This document shows, in pieces, positions 17,958 through 27,308 of a stretch of 64,000 bases of DNA. The notes below the pieces were generated by a model. The model saw nothing but the letters and a program-made list of their open reading frames with translations, did no database searches and was not told where the DNA came from. Within the stretch, counting starts at the first letter, position 1; the number at the start of each line of letters is the position of its first letter. Made by a program: the position numbers and the translations under genes. The DNA comes from Bdellovibrionales bacterium (GTDB taxonomy: Bacteria > Bdellovibrionota > Bdellovibrionia > Bdellovibrionales > UBA1609), in assembly GCA_965203095.1 (NCBI GenBank), contig OZ241877.1, forward strand, positions 1,024,001-1,088,000. The letters run 5' to 3'.

Positions 17958-19895
17958 ATGATAAAAGAAAATTTTTTTAATAAGCACAGTGCTCGCATTC
18001 CTGAAGGCCCTATAGAGGACAAGTGGGACAATGCCAAGCTCTCCTATAAGTTAATCAACCCTGCAAACAGGAAAAAGTTTGATGTGATTGTTGTAGGTGC
18101 TGGTTTGGCCGGTGCTTCTGCAGTGGCCAGCTTAGGGGAAATGGATTACCGAGTAAAGCTCTTTGTTTTGCATGACAGCCCTCGCCGGGCCCATTCCATA
18201 TCCGCTCAAGGAGGAATTAACGCGGCTAAAAATTATCAAAATGATGGAGATTCCATTCAAAGATTGTTTTATGACACTATTAAAGGGGGGGATTTCAGAT
18301 CTCGTGAAGCCAATGTTTTCCGTTTAGCTCAGCTTTCGGGAAACATTATCGATCAATGTGTAGCTCAAGGGGTCCCTTTTGCCAGAGAGTATGGAGGAAT
18401 GTTGGCCAACCGTTCTTTTGGCGGGGCACAAGTGTCCCGAACTTTTTATGCCAGAGGCCAAACAGGACAACAACTTCTTTTAGGAGCTTACGGTGCACTT
18501 TTAAAACAGGTTCAGGCCGGCACTGTTCAACTTTTTACTCACCATGAAATGCTTAATCTTGTTGTTTATAAAGGTCAAGCCCAAGGGATTGTGACTCGCG
18601 ATCTCCTCACTGGAAAAATCAAAAGCTTTAGAGCACAGGCAGTGGTTTTATGCACAGGGGGTTATAGTAATGTTTTTTACCTTTCCACCAATGCGATGAA
18701 CTCCAATGTCACGGCCATCTGGCGATCTCACAAAAAAGGGGCTTTGTTTGCCAATCCCTCTTTTGTTCAGATTCATCCCACTTGTATCCCTCAAAGCGGG
18801 GATCATCAATCCAAACTGACCTTAATGTCTGAGTCTTTAAGAAATGATGGGCGAGTTTGGGTCCCTCTTAAAAAAGGAGATAACCGTAGGGCTGAGAATA
18901 TTCCGGAAGAGGAGAGAGATTATTACTTAGAAAGAATTTACCCTGCTTTTGGAAACCTTGTCCCCAGGGATGTAGCTTCTCGTCAAGCCAAGTTTCAAGT
19001 GGATAAAGGACATGGTGTGGGGGCCACCAGCCAAGCAGTATATTTGGATTTTGCACAAGTTTTGAGGGAAAAAGGCCAAAAAGCCATAGCAGAAAAGTAT
19101 GGCAATCTTTTCAGCATGTATCATCGTATCACTGGCGAAGATCCTTATAAAAAACCTATGAGAATTTATCCCGCTGTTCATTACACTATGGGCGGTTTGT
19201 GGGTGGATTACGATGGACAAAGCTCACTTAAGGGCCTATTTGTTTTAGGAGAGGCTAATTTTTCCGATCATGGGGCCAATCGGCTGGGAGCATCGGCTTT
19301 AATGCAGGGGCTGGCTGATGGTTATTTTATCCTTCCTTATAGCTTAAGTCATTTTTTAGCTCAAAGTGCTGGGTTGGAGTTTAAAAAGCAAGCTTTTAAA
19401 GAGGCCGAAGAGGAGAGTCAAGAGCATTTACAAAAGATTTTAAATTTAAAAGGTTCTCAAACAGTGGATCAAATTCATAAAAAATTAGGAAATCTTTTGT
19501 GGGAACATGTGGGGATGATTCGCTCTAAAGAGGGCTTAACAAAAGCTCAAGACCAGATCCTATCCTTGAGGCAGGAGTTTTGGAATGATATTTTTGTTCC
19601 CGGTGAGAAAAATTATAAAAATCAAGAGTTAGAAAAAGCTGGCCGAGTGGCTGATTTTTTAGAGTTAGGAGAGTTAATGGCCATTGATGCTTTAAAAAGA
19701 GAAGAGTCTTGTGGTTGTCATTTTCGTGTGGAGCACCAAACCCAAGATCATGAGGCTTTAAGAAATGATAAAAACTTTTCCCATGTTTCGGCTTGGGAAA
19801 TGCAAGAGTTCTCTTTTTCTCGCCTTTTATGGCAAGAGCATAGAGAACAGCTTTTATTTAAAAAAGCACAACCCGGCCAAAGGAATTACAAATAG
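17958..19895 (+). CDS. sdhA: Succinate dehydrogenase/fumarate reductase flavoprotein subunit
   Basis: [56 protein letters not shown]. Confidence 0.97.
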   Translation: MIKENFFNKHSARIPEGPIEDKWDNAKLSYKLINPANRKKFDVIVVGAGLAGASAVASLGEMDYRVKLFVLHDSPRRAHSISAQGGINAAKNYQNDGDSIQRLFYDTIKGGDFRSREANVFRLAQLSGNIIDQCVAQGVPFAREYGGMLANRSFGGAQVSRTFYARGQTGQQLLLGAYGALLKQVQAGTVQLFTHHEMLNLVVYKGQAQGIVTRDLLTGKIKSFRAQAVVLCTGGYSNVFYLSTNAMNSNVTAIWRSHKKGALFANPSFVQIHPTCIPQSGDHQSKLTLMSESLRNDGRVWVPLKKGDNRRAENIPEEERDYYLERIYPAFGNLVPRDVASRQAKFQVDKGHGVGATSQAVYLDFAQVLREKGQKAIAEKYGNLFSMYHRITGEDPYKKPMRIYPAVHYTMGGLWVDYDGQSSLKGLFVLGEANFSDHGANRLGASALMQGLADGYFILPYSLSHFLAQSAGLEFKKQAFKEAEEESQEHLQKILNLKGSQTVDQIHKKLGNLLWEHVGMIRSKEGLTKAQDQILSLRQEFWNDIFVPGEKNYKNQELEKAGRVADFLELGELMAIDALKREESCGCHFRVEHQTQDHEALRNDKNFSHVSAWEMQEFSFSRLLWQEHREQLLFKKAQPGQRNYK

Positions 19896-19921
19896 AGGCT
19901 CAAAAGCTCTGAAGGGGAATC

Positions 19922-20671
19922 ATGAACTTTACATTAAAAATATGGAGGCAAAAAGGGCCAAAGGCCAAAGGCTTTTTTCAAACAGTTCTTGTGGAGGATA
20001 TTTCACCTGACATGTCTTTTTTAGAGATGTTGGATCAAGTCAACCACAATATGATTTTAAAGCGGGAAGAACCGGTGGCCTTTGATCATGACTGTCGAGA
20101 GGGGATTTGCGGGACTTGTGGTCTGGTAATTAATGGAGAGCCTCATGGCCCGCAAAAAGCAGTGGCGACCTGTCAACTGTATATGAGACAGTTTAAAGAT
20201 CAAACTGAAATTTGCATTGAGCCTTTCAAGGCCAAAGCCTTTCCCATCATTAAGGATCTGATTGTGGATCGTTCCAGCTTGGATCGTATTCAAAAGGAGG
20301 GAGGCTACATTTCTGTCCGGACAGGGAGTGCCCCCTCAGCCAACGCGATTCCTATTTCTAAAAAACAGGCTGGCGAGGCTTTTTCTTCAGCTCTTTGCAT
20401 TGGTTGTGGAGCTTGCGTGGCCAGCTGTAAAAATGCCTCTGCCAGCCTGTTCACCGCGGCGAGAATATTTCACTTTTCTAAACTGCCTCAAGGGCAAGCA
20501 GAACAAGAGGATCGTGTTTTAAATATGACAGCTCAAATGGATAAAGAGGGTTTTGGTGCTTGTTCGCATGCGGGAACTTGCTCCTCAGTTTGTCCAAAAG
20601 AGATTCGATTAGAGACTATTGCTGAAATGAATCGACTTTGGAGAAAATCCCTTCTTAAAAGACAAAACTAA
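19922..20671 (+). CDS. sdhB: Succinate dehydrogenase iron-sulfur subunit
   Basis: HDCREGICGTC, CIGCGACVASC, CSHAGTCSSVCPK. Confidence 0.97.
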   Translation: MNFTLKIWRQKGPKAKGFFQTVLVEDISPDMSFLEMLDQVNHNMILKREEPVAFDHDCREGICGTCGLVINGEPHGPQKAVATCQLYMRQFKDQTEICIEPFKAKAFPIIKDLIVDRSSLDRIQKEGGYISVRTGSAPSANAIPISKKQAGEAFSSALCIGCGACVASCKNASASLFTAARIFHFSKLPQGQAEQEDRVLNMTAQMDKEGFGACSHAGTCSSVCPKEIRLETIAEMNRLWRKSLLKRQN

Positions 20672-20703
20672 AAAAGGTCTCATCAGACAATGAGACCTTT
20701 TTT
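20670..20703. terminator. Bidirectional rho-independent terminator
   Basis: aaaaaaggtctcat-cagaca-atgagacctttttt, between convergent sdhB and the K/R-rich gene. Confidence 0.85.
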
Positions 20704-20722
20704 AAATCAAAAAATCAAATTA

Positions 20723-20911
20723 TTATCTTTTTTTACGCCCTGCCTTTTTTCTTCCGGTTTTTCTGCGAGTCACTTTTTTGCGTCCCGCCTTTTTTCTTCC
20801 GGTTTTTCTGCGAGTCACTTTTTTGCGTCCCGCCTTTTTTCTTCCGGCTTTTTTACGGGTCACTTTTTTGCGTCCCGCCTTTTTTCTTCCGGCTTTCTTT
20901 TTTGCAGGCAT
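20723..20911 (-). CDS. Histone H1/Hc2-like basic pentapeptide-repeat DNA-binding protein
   Basis: 62 aa with 37 K/R and no acidic residue, built from RKKAG/RKKVT/RRKTG pentamers. Strong RBS aggagg and a dedicated terminator. Confidence 0.85.
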   Translation of the reverse strand: MPAKKKAGRKKAGRKKVTRKKAGRKKAGRKKVTRRKTGRKKAGRKKVTRRKTGRKKAGRKKR

Positions 20912-21074
20912 AGTTAACCTCCTGTTGTTTTTTTAGCTGAAGAATAACAACTTCAGCTTTTACTTTTTTAGTGTTGACTCAAAAAACCTCCCCGTCAAAT
21001 CTTTTTTTAATTATTTTTAATTTTTTTTCAATTTAAGCCTTTATGGAAAGTTTTTTGCTAATACATTTATTAGG

Positions 21075-21803
21075 ATGCTGATAGCCATTCAAACTGTGTT
21101 TTTTGGATTTTTATCTCGAAATCTTATCAAAGAGATGTTTTTTCTCCATCTGATAACTCAAAATGGGAGGCGGATTTTAGAGTTTTTCCTTCTTTTTTAT
21201 TTTTTATTTGTGTTTCTTCTTCAAAAAAGCTTGGTTTTTTCTCTTTTTCTGTTTCTCATACCTTTGATTTTTACCCTGATATTGTTTATTTTCTTAAAAA
21301 AACAAGAGGAAAAGAATTTCTTGTCCCAGCTCTGTTCTCTTCTTCTTCCTTTAGAATCTCAAATGAAATCAGGTATTAGTTTTATCAATGGTTGGCAAAA
21401 AGCCCAAGCAGAGCTGAAATCAGAAAAAATAAGAACCAAGGTTCAAAATATTACTGAGATTTTAAAATTTCAACAAAAATTCCATTATCCAGACAAAGAT
21501 GTTGAAAATTTTGTTCAAGATCTTCGTCTCATCCATCAAAGTGCTCATCCTTTGCAAAAATTAAAACATTTGAAGAGAAAAGTAAAAATTGAACAGTCAT
21601 TTCAAATCAAATCCAAAAGAGCTCTTCTTCAAATTCGAATCCAATCTGGCATTTTAAGCCTCTTTTATTTTGGACTTTTGGCTTGGACGGTCACAGCTCA
21701 TTCTGGCAAATACATTCATTTGATAGCTTTTTCATTTATTTTGTTTTTTTCTGGTTTGTTATGGATTTTTCAAACAGGGAGGAAAATGAAATGGTCTGTT
21801 TAG
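21075..21803 (+). CDS. TadB-like membrane protein (type II secretion system F family, divergent)
   Basis: N-terminal TMs, FLSQLCSLLLPLESQMKSGISF, ALLQIRIQSGILSLFY, and two C-terminal TMs, matching TadB topology. Confidence 0.55.
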   Translation: MLIAIQTVFFGFLSRNLIKEMFFLHLITQNGRRILEFFLLFYFLFVFLLQKSLVFSLFLFLIPLIFTLILFIFLKKQEEKNFLSQLCSLLLPLESQMKSGISFINGWQKAQAELKSEKIRTKVQNITEILKFQQKFHYPDKDVENFVQDLRLIHQSAHPLQKLKHLKRKVKIEQSFQIKSKRALLQIRIQSGILSLFYFGLLAWTVTAHSGKYIHLIAFSFILFFSGLLWIFQTGRKMKWSV

Positions 21804-22222
21804 CACCACCGTTAAAAGCAGTTTTAGAGATTCGCCTTCATATTGAAAATGGCGTTTCTGTCTCGCAAGCCATTCGTATTTATTCTCAAAGGAATGTGTT
21901 TGAGCCTTTTGCTAAGGATTTAGGGCTTTGGCTTTTTGCCCAGGAGACGGGAAAAAGCTGTCCAGCAAAAAGTTTCAATACTTTTTACAGAAAACGGCTT
22001 ATCGATATTTTAACTTGTGGTTTGCAAGGAGAACCTATTTTGTCAGCACTTTGTGATTTGGAAAAAGATCTGATTTTTGCTGTGAATGAGGATATCGAGC
22101 AACATTTACAGAAATTGCCTTTGCTCAGTTTGATTCCCTTAATGTTGTTGGAATTTCCTGCTTTTTTTCTGCTTTTAGTTGGCCCTTTGCTTTTGAATCT
22201 TTTGTCGGCTCTGCAAAATTAA
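21791..22222 (+). CDS. TadC-like membrane protein (short)
   Basis: HIENGVSV, GEPILSALCDLE, LPLLSLIPLMLLEFPAFFLLLVGP resemble a TadC C-terminus. Likely ATG 21791 overlaps the upstream stop. Confidence 0.55.
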   Translation: MVCLAPPLKAVLEIRLHIENGVSVSQAIRIYSQRNVFEPFAKDLGLWLFAQETGKSCPAKSFNTFYRKRLIDILTCGLQGEPILSALCDLEKDLIFAVNEDIEQHLQKLPLLSLIPLMLLEFPAFFLLLVGPLLLNLLSALQN

Positions 22223-22235
22223 AAAAGGATAACTT

Positions 22236-22622
22236 ATGTCATCTCTAAAAATTTTTTGGAAAAGCAGTTTATTTTTTTTCTTTTTTTTCAGCTCCCCTTG
22301 TCCGGCAGAGTTTTTGGATCGCATTCTCCGATCAGAAACCATAGAGACTTTGACGCTAAATATCAAAAAGCAAGAACAGGATATGTTTTTGAATAAGCTT
22401 TGTGAAAAGCAAAAAGCCAGCAAAAAAGCTCCAATAGCTTGTTATGAGCTGGATTTATCGGGAGATAATTGGTGTTTGAGCTTGAAAATAGAAGATTTTA
22501 GCCTTGAAAGCTTGAATAAAGCTCTCAAGTCTTCTTTTTTATCTTCCACTTGTCGCAAGTATTTGAAAGAGAAACAAAAAATTTTGATTTATAGAGAAAA
22601 GGATCTTCTTTTGCTGAAATAA
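22236..22622 (+). CDS. Hypothetical exported protein
   Basis: Signal-peptide-like N-terminus, RBS aagga, Cys-containing. Confidence 0.6.
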   Translation: MSSLKIFWKSSLFFFFFFSSPCPAEFLDRILRSETIETLTLNIKKQEQDMFLNKLCEKQKASKKAPIACYELDLSGDNWCLSLKIEDFSLESLNKALKSSFLSSTCRKYLKEKQKILIYREKDLLLLK

Positions 22623-22641
22623 AAAAACTATTGGACAAGTA

Positions 22642-23793
22642 GTGGGCCTATCCCTTAAAAAAAGCAGGATGCCCTTTAAAATTAAAGTCCCTGCCAAAAG
22701 GAATCTTTTGGCACAAGGCTTGCCTTATCAAATTCTTTTTTCTTTTAAAAAAGACTCTTCTAAACAGATTTTTAAAGCTTTGAGAAAAGACTTAAGAACT
22801 GGGGTTCAACAAGAGGTTTTAGTTAAAATCTTTTTAAAGGACAGTTCTTCTTTCCGGGAAGAGTTTGAGTCGCTTTCTCAAATATCTTCATCTTATTGTG
22901 TTCGTTTGATTGGTTTTGAAAGTTTTGCTGGAAAAAACAGTTTGATTTTAGAATACATTCCAGGGGTCAGTCTTTTTAAACTGATAGAGAGCTTTTCGCT
23001 CTCATCTGAAGAGATAGGGCATATTTTGGTTTCCATTTATAAAGGGCTTTTGGATTTGAACCGGCAGAACCTTTGCCATGGGGATCTCAGTTTGGACAAT
23101 GTGCTCATTGATGAGAAGGCTCATATTAAGCTTATCGATTTTGGAAAAGCCAATTATGAGCGAGGCACTCAAGGGACAGCTCCTTTTATGGCTCCGGAAA
23201 TTTTAAAAGGAGCACGAGCCAATTTCCTTTCCGACTTATATTCTTTAGGTGTTATAGAGACTTTACTTCGAACACCCTGCCCGCTCACTTCCCTAAAAGA
23301 TTTGAAGGCGGAAGATTTAAGTCAAAACAACCCTCTTTTATTTAAAGATCCAAAAAAAAGATTTTTTCCAGAGAGTTTAAAAAATCAGGATATATCTTTT
23401 GAACAGCTGAGATTTCTCAGCTATAAGGTTAAAGAGCTGTTGTCCCTTGCAGAATGTCGCCGACAGCCCACTTTAAAAAACTCTTGTTCGAAAAGGTCTG
23501 CTTTTTTTCCTGCTTTTGTGAAGAGTATGGTTTTTTTTCTTTTTTTGCTTTTTGCCGGTATGGCCAGCTCCCCGCCTTATATCTCTTACGGTTGGGTTAA
23601 AGTTTATACTAATGAATGGTTTGTTGTTCGTGTGGATGGTTTTCAATCTTACACACCTCTTGCTCTTCCTTTAAAACCGGGTTGGCGATTTATTGAATGG
23701 AGAAACCGTCAATCCCAAGGCATTAAAAAAATTTTTATATCTGAAGGAAAGGCTGTTTTTTTAAATGATCAAAGTTTTTTATCCGATAAATGA
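22642..23793 (+). CDS. Hanks-type Ser/Thr protein kinase with TM helix and small C-terminal beta domain
   Basis: VLVK, LEYIPG, HGDLSLDNVL, IDFG, GTAPFMAPE, DLYSLG. TM helix near aa 290-310. Confidence 0.88.
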   Translation: MGLSLKKSRMPFKIKVPAKRNLLAQGLPYQILFSFKKDSSKQIFKALRKDLRTGVQQEVLVKIFLKDSSSFREEFESLSQISSSYCVRLIGFESFAGKNSLILEYIPGVSLFKLIESFSLSSEEIGHILVSIYKGLLDLNRQNLCHGDLSLDNVLIDEKAHIKLIDFGKANYERGTQGTAPFMAPEILKGARANFLSDLYSLGVIETLLRTPCPLTSLKDLKAEDLSQNNPLLFKDPKKRFFPESLKNQDISFEQLRFLSYKVKELLSLAECRRQPTLKNSCSKRSAFFPAFVKSMVFFLFLLFAGMASSPPYISYGWVKVYTNEWFVVRVDGFQSYTPLALPLKPGWRFIEWRNRQSQGIKKIFISEGKAVFLNDQSFLSDK

Positions 23794-23861
23794 AATTTTT
23801 ATATTTTTTTGAAAATATAAAAGATCTTTTTACGGATGGCTAATTACAAGAGGGAAATCTA

Positions 23862-24647
23862 TTGGATTGGACTGATATAGGCTTGGGTTTTTTACAAGGA
23901 GCGACAGAGTTTTTGCCAGTATCCAGTTCTGGCCATCTGTTTTTGTTGGAAAGTTTTTTAAATACTGGTTCCAGTTCTCTTTATTTTGTCTTACTGCTAC
24001 ATTCAGCAACTCTTTTTTCTATATTTGTTGTGTTTTTCAAAGATCTCAAAGTTTTTATTTTAAAATGGCCCTCTAAAAGCCATCGCCAATTATTGTTTAA
24101 GGTCTTGTTGTCCCTTATGCCATTGTTTTTAGTGGGTTTGTTTTTGAGATCTTTTGTTGAGCAAAGTTTTGAAAAAAGCACTGTGGCTTGGGGCTTTTTC
24201 AGCTCTGGCTGTATCCTTTTCTCTCTTTTTTTTGTTCGAAAACGAAATCGAACTTTACAGGAAATAAACTATTTTCAAGCTCTGTTGATTGGCACAGCCC
24301 AAGCTTTCGCTGTTTTGCCGGGTTTTTCCCGCTCGGCATGGACTATTGCTACCGGCCTTTACTGTGGCTTGTCTGGTCGGAGTGCTGTCTATTTTAGTTT
24401 TTTGATTTCCATCCCCGCGATTGCTGGTTCTGCTTTAATGGCTTTAGTTTTAAATTTGAAGACTCCACCGGAAAGTGCGGTGGCAGGTTGGACCTCAGTA
24501 ATGTCATTTTCTTTGGCTTTTCTATCTGCTTTTTTAAGTGGGCTTTTAAGCCTACTTTTAGTTTTAAAAATGACTCAGGAGAGGAAACTTCCGTTTTTTG
24601 CCTTTTACCTCTTGCCTTTAAGCTTGATAGTTTATTTGTTCTTATAG
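23862..24647 (+). CDS. uppP: Undecaprenyl-diphosphate phosphatase (BacA)
   Basis: LQGATEFLPVSSSGHL, AVLPGFSRS, FSFLISIPAIAG. Confidence 0.95.
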   Translation: MDWTDIGLGFLQGATEFLPVSSSGHLFLLESFLNTGSSSLYFVLLLHSATLFSIFVVFFKDLKVFILKWPSKSHRQLLFKVLLSLMPLFLVGLFLRSFVEQSFEKSTVAWGFFSSGCILFSLFFVRKRNRTLQEINYFQALLIGTAQAFAVLPGFSRSAWTIATGLYCGLSGRSAVYFSFLISIPAIAGSALMALVLNLKTPPESAVAGWTSVMSFSLAFLSAFLSGLLSLLLVLKMTQERKLPFFAFYLLPLSLIVYLFL

Positions 24648-24671
24648 GCGATTTTTAGAACGTATCAGATC

Positions 24672-24863
24672 TTATAATAGGACATCTAATGGGGGAATAT
24701 GACTGGCTTTTATAATTTTGAGCTTGTCTGCTGTCACATTATCCACAGCTTTTAAGCACAGCTTTTCCAACTCCTTGTTGATCTGATCGATAGCTTGTTT
24801 TGAGGTTTTCATTCCTTTCTGTTTAAAAAGATTTTTTATGTTTTTTGTGACGACTAAATGCAT
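24672..24863 (-). CDS. Bacterial histone, Bd0055/HBb-like, with divergent L2/alpha3 motif
   Basis: LVVTKNIKNLFKQKGMKTS..AID.I.K.LE.LCLKAV aligns with my recollection of B. bacteriovorus Bd0055 (LVVTSKVKKLIKEKGQMNTS..TIDVLSKAIEQLCLKGV). 63 aa, strong RBS aggagga. Confidence 0.85.
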   Translation of the reverse strand: MHLVVTKNIKNLFKQKGMKTSKQAIDQINKELEKLCLKAVDNVTADKLKIIKASHIPPLDVLL

Positions 24864-24909
24864 ATCTCCTCCTTATACTTCATGAAATATTGTAGCTCCA
24901 AAGATCCCC

Positions 24910-25149
24910 TTATCTTTGCCCTGTGCTACTCCCACCACTTCGTCTTTTACTTCGTTTTCTTTTTTGTTTTTTGCCAGATCGGTAGTCTCCTCTCCTCACC
25001 TGAGCTAAAAGTTCAGCATAAGAATTGACAGTAAAATCAGTATCTTGATGGGCATAATCGCATTGTTCTGTTGTGGATTGGAAATCTGTTTTTTTAGCTC
25101 CTGCCAAGGGCAAACAGATAAAAACACCTAAGACAAAGATATATTTCAT
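24910..25149 (-). CDS. Small exported hypothetical protein with basic C-tail
   Basis: RBS aggagg, signal peptide MKYIFVLGVFICLPLAGA, tail KKQKRKRSKRRSGG. Confidence 0.65.
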   Translation of the reverse strand: MKYIFVLGVFICLPLAGAKKTDFQSTTEQCDYAHQDTDFTVNSYAELLAQVRRGDYRSGKKQKRKRSKRRSGGSSTGQR

Positions 25150-25331
25150 TTTAACCTCCTTATATGTGATAGCTATTTCATGGTTTTATGAAACCTAAAA
25201 AGATCTCTCACAAATTCTCATTCATCAGAGATGCATATAAATTATAAATGTTTTTCAAAAAATAAAAAGAAAAAACATAAAAAATTAACTAAAAAAAGTT
25301 TTTTCAGGCCAAAAATCAGCTTTTTTGAAGT

Positions 25332-26492
25332 TTATTTTTGAACCTGATAAGATATTTGCACATGGATGGGGCGGGAGTCTGTGTTTTTAAAGATGATATT
25401 TCTCCCATATTGCCTCCATTCCTTTTTAGCTCCTTTGATAAAATCCACCCTCACAGTTCCGGGAACAGGCTCTTGGCTTAATAAAACACTATTCTCAAGA
25501 GAGTTTTTTATATGTTGAGACAGTTTTTTCAACTCCTGCCCATAATCAGAACTGCATATATTGATATTATGGCCTCCTGTCAGTTCTGCCAGCTCAGCTA
25601 TAGAATGCGAAACATGAGCCACATGGGATTTTTCCCTTTCTGATTCTAAACAAGATGAGGATGAAGAATCATCTGTGACAAGAATGTTAAAGGCAATAAA
25701 CTTTTTATCTAAATGGCCGAAAACTTTGTTAAAAGTTCGGACAACATGTTCAGCGGTGGTGGCTCTTTTGCTGTCTTCTTTTCTCTCCGGTTCATTGGTA
25801 ATAATGATAGAGACAAAGTCAGCAGAAGGACGAAAAAGAGATCGATTATCTAAAGAGGCCCTTTGCATAGCCGACTTCAAAGAGCGAAGAGGTTGTTCCA
25901 GCCCAGAGTGGCAGTAAGGTGGTCTTTTACAGTTTAAAGATGGCAAATGAGAGATAGTGTGCAAAAACACTTCTTCATAATTAGAGATTTTTGGGCTTAA
26001 AATTTTAGATTTTAAAATACGATGTCCATCTTCTAAGTTCATCAGCCCCCCATATTGTCCATAAGGATTTAAGACATGATCTTTCCAGCTCTGTTGAAAA
26101 GCATGAAAATTTTGAGAATCTCCATGGTCAGCTGAAGTGAAACCTATTTGCCAATTATAGTTAGAGATAAAAGACAAGGCACTTGACAGAGAATGGCCCA
26201 ACTGTCCTAAGTGATGATACATTGAAGGGGATGTATCTACAATGAAAAGCATATCTAATAAGGCCTTTTTTTCCTCCAAAAAAAACTCCTCTTTAACATA
26301 AACCCTTTTAAAAGAACTTTCTTTTGATAAAGAAGCCATAGAGAACCTCCCATCGGCTTCTTTTAAGCTTTGAAATCCTGAAGAGTTGCAAGAGGCCCAC
26401 AAACTGCTGGAAAAAAGCAACAGTCCTGCTCGTTTTAAACACCAGTTTTTGTATTTGTTAGACAAAGGCTTTTTTTGATATATAGTTTTCAT
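25332..26492 (-). CDS. Lipoprotein with vWA/MIDAS-like domain
   Basis: Lipobox LWASC, LDMLFIVDTSPSM (DxSxS), SIIITNE, ICSSDYG. Paralogous to 60546-62063. Confidence 0.7.
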   Translation of the reverse strand: MKTIYQKKPLSNKYKNWCLKRAGLLLFSSSLWASCNSSGFQSLKEADGRFSMASLSKESSFKRVYVKEEFFLEEKKALLDMLFIVDTSPSMYHHLGQLGHSLSSALSFISNYNWQIGFTSADHGDSQNFHAFQQSWKDHVLNPYGQYGGLMNLEDGHRILKSKILSPKISNYEEVFLHTISHLPSLNCKRPPYCHSGLEQPLRSLKSAMQRASLDNRSLFRPSADFVSIIITNEPERKEDSKRATTAEHVVRTFNKVFGHLDKKFIAFNILVTDDSSSSSCLESEREKSHVAHVSHSIAELAELTGGHNINICSSDYGQELKKLSQHIKNSLENSVLLSQEPVPGTVRVDFIKGAKKEWRQYGRNIIFKNTDSRPIHVQISYQVQK

Positions 26493-26506
26493 AATTTTTA
26501 TTAGAA

Positions 26507-26564
26507 GCGAGCTGAGACGGGGGCCAGGGAGGATGATCCAAAACCCCCCGCCATTAGTGCTCGC
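26507..26564 (-). promoter_or_regulatory. GC-rich hairpin in the presumed 5' leader of the vWA lipoprotein gene
   Basis: Minus strand gcgagc..ggcgggggg..gga-tca-tcc..ggcccccgtc..gctcgc forms nested complementary arms in an AT-rich context. Confidence 0.55.
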
Positions 26565-26582
26565 ACTTTCATACCACTTTCT

Positions 26583-26610
26583 TTTTCGGCAAGTTTTTAT
26601 GAAAAATTTA
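26583..26610 (-). promoter_or_regulatory. Sigma28 (FliA)-like promoter
   Basis: TAAA-N16-GCCGAAAA on the minus strand, upstream of 25332-26492. Confidence 0.55.
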
Positions 26611-26664
26611 GCATTTTTTGCCTTAGAATTTGCTCTATTCCAATAATTTTCATAGTCTAAGAGG

Positions 26665-27303
26665 ATGAAAATGCTCAGTTGGCTTTTTGTGAGTTTTTTT
26701 TCTTTACCTCAAGAACCTCAGACAACTTTTCTTTTGCAGGCTCAGCAAGCCCTCAAGCAGGCCCTTAAAAGCTATCGTTTTAAAGCTATGCAGATCTCAA
26801 CCGATCAAGAGATTTTTTTATCCTCTGCTAAAACCAGTATAAAAAGTCAGGGAATTTTAAACATCAAAGGCAAAAAATTCTATCTTTACTTAAAAGGGCA
26901 CCCCTCCTCCACTGTTCTTTTTGATGGAAAGGTCTTATGGTATCAAGCGGACATGAGTGAAAAAACTGTTTTCAAGTTAAAAAATCCGCCTCAAATTTCC
27001 ATTTTAACCCATTGGTTTAACGAGAAGAGTTTTTTTGATCATTTTCTTATTCAACAGGCTCAGGTAAAAAATAAGGATTATATCCTTCAACTCTCACCAA
27101 AACGGGAAATTGCTGGACTAAAGGCTATTTATATAAAACTCAGCTCTCACATTACAGAGCTGAGAATAGTATGGGAAGATTTAGACAACTGGCAAAAGTA
27201 TCATTTTGCAAGACCGATTCCAAAGAATATTCCTGATAAAAACTTCCAATTTTCCATAGAAGGCTTTCAAGTGATCACAAAAGAGGCTTTGAGCCTGTTT
27301 TAA
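26665..27303 (+). CDS. LolA-like outer-membrane lipoprotein carrier
   Basis: Signal-like N-terminus, SQGILNIKGKKF, VLFDGKVLWY, and C-terminal IPDKNFQF, as in the LolA fold. Confidence 0.65.
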   Translation: MKMLSWLFVSFFSLPQEPQTTFLLQAQQALKQALKSYRFKAMQISTDQEIFLSSAKTSIKSQGILNIKGKKFYLYLKGHPSSTVLFDGKVLWYQADMSEKTVFKLKNPPQISILTHWFNEKSFFDHFLIQQAQVKNKDYILQLSPKREIAGLKAIYIKLSSHITELRIVWEDLDNWQKYHFARPIPKNIPDKNFQFSIEGFQVITKEALSLF

Positions 27304-27308
27304 GCTCT

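Noticed and set aside
20690..20917. 75-aa Phe/Ser-rich ORF on the + strand
   Set aside because: Antisense shadow of the K/R-rich gene, which has the RBS and terminator.
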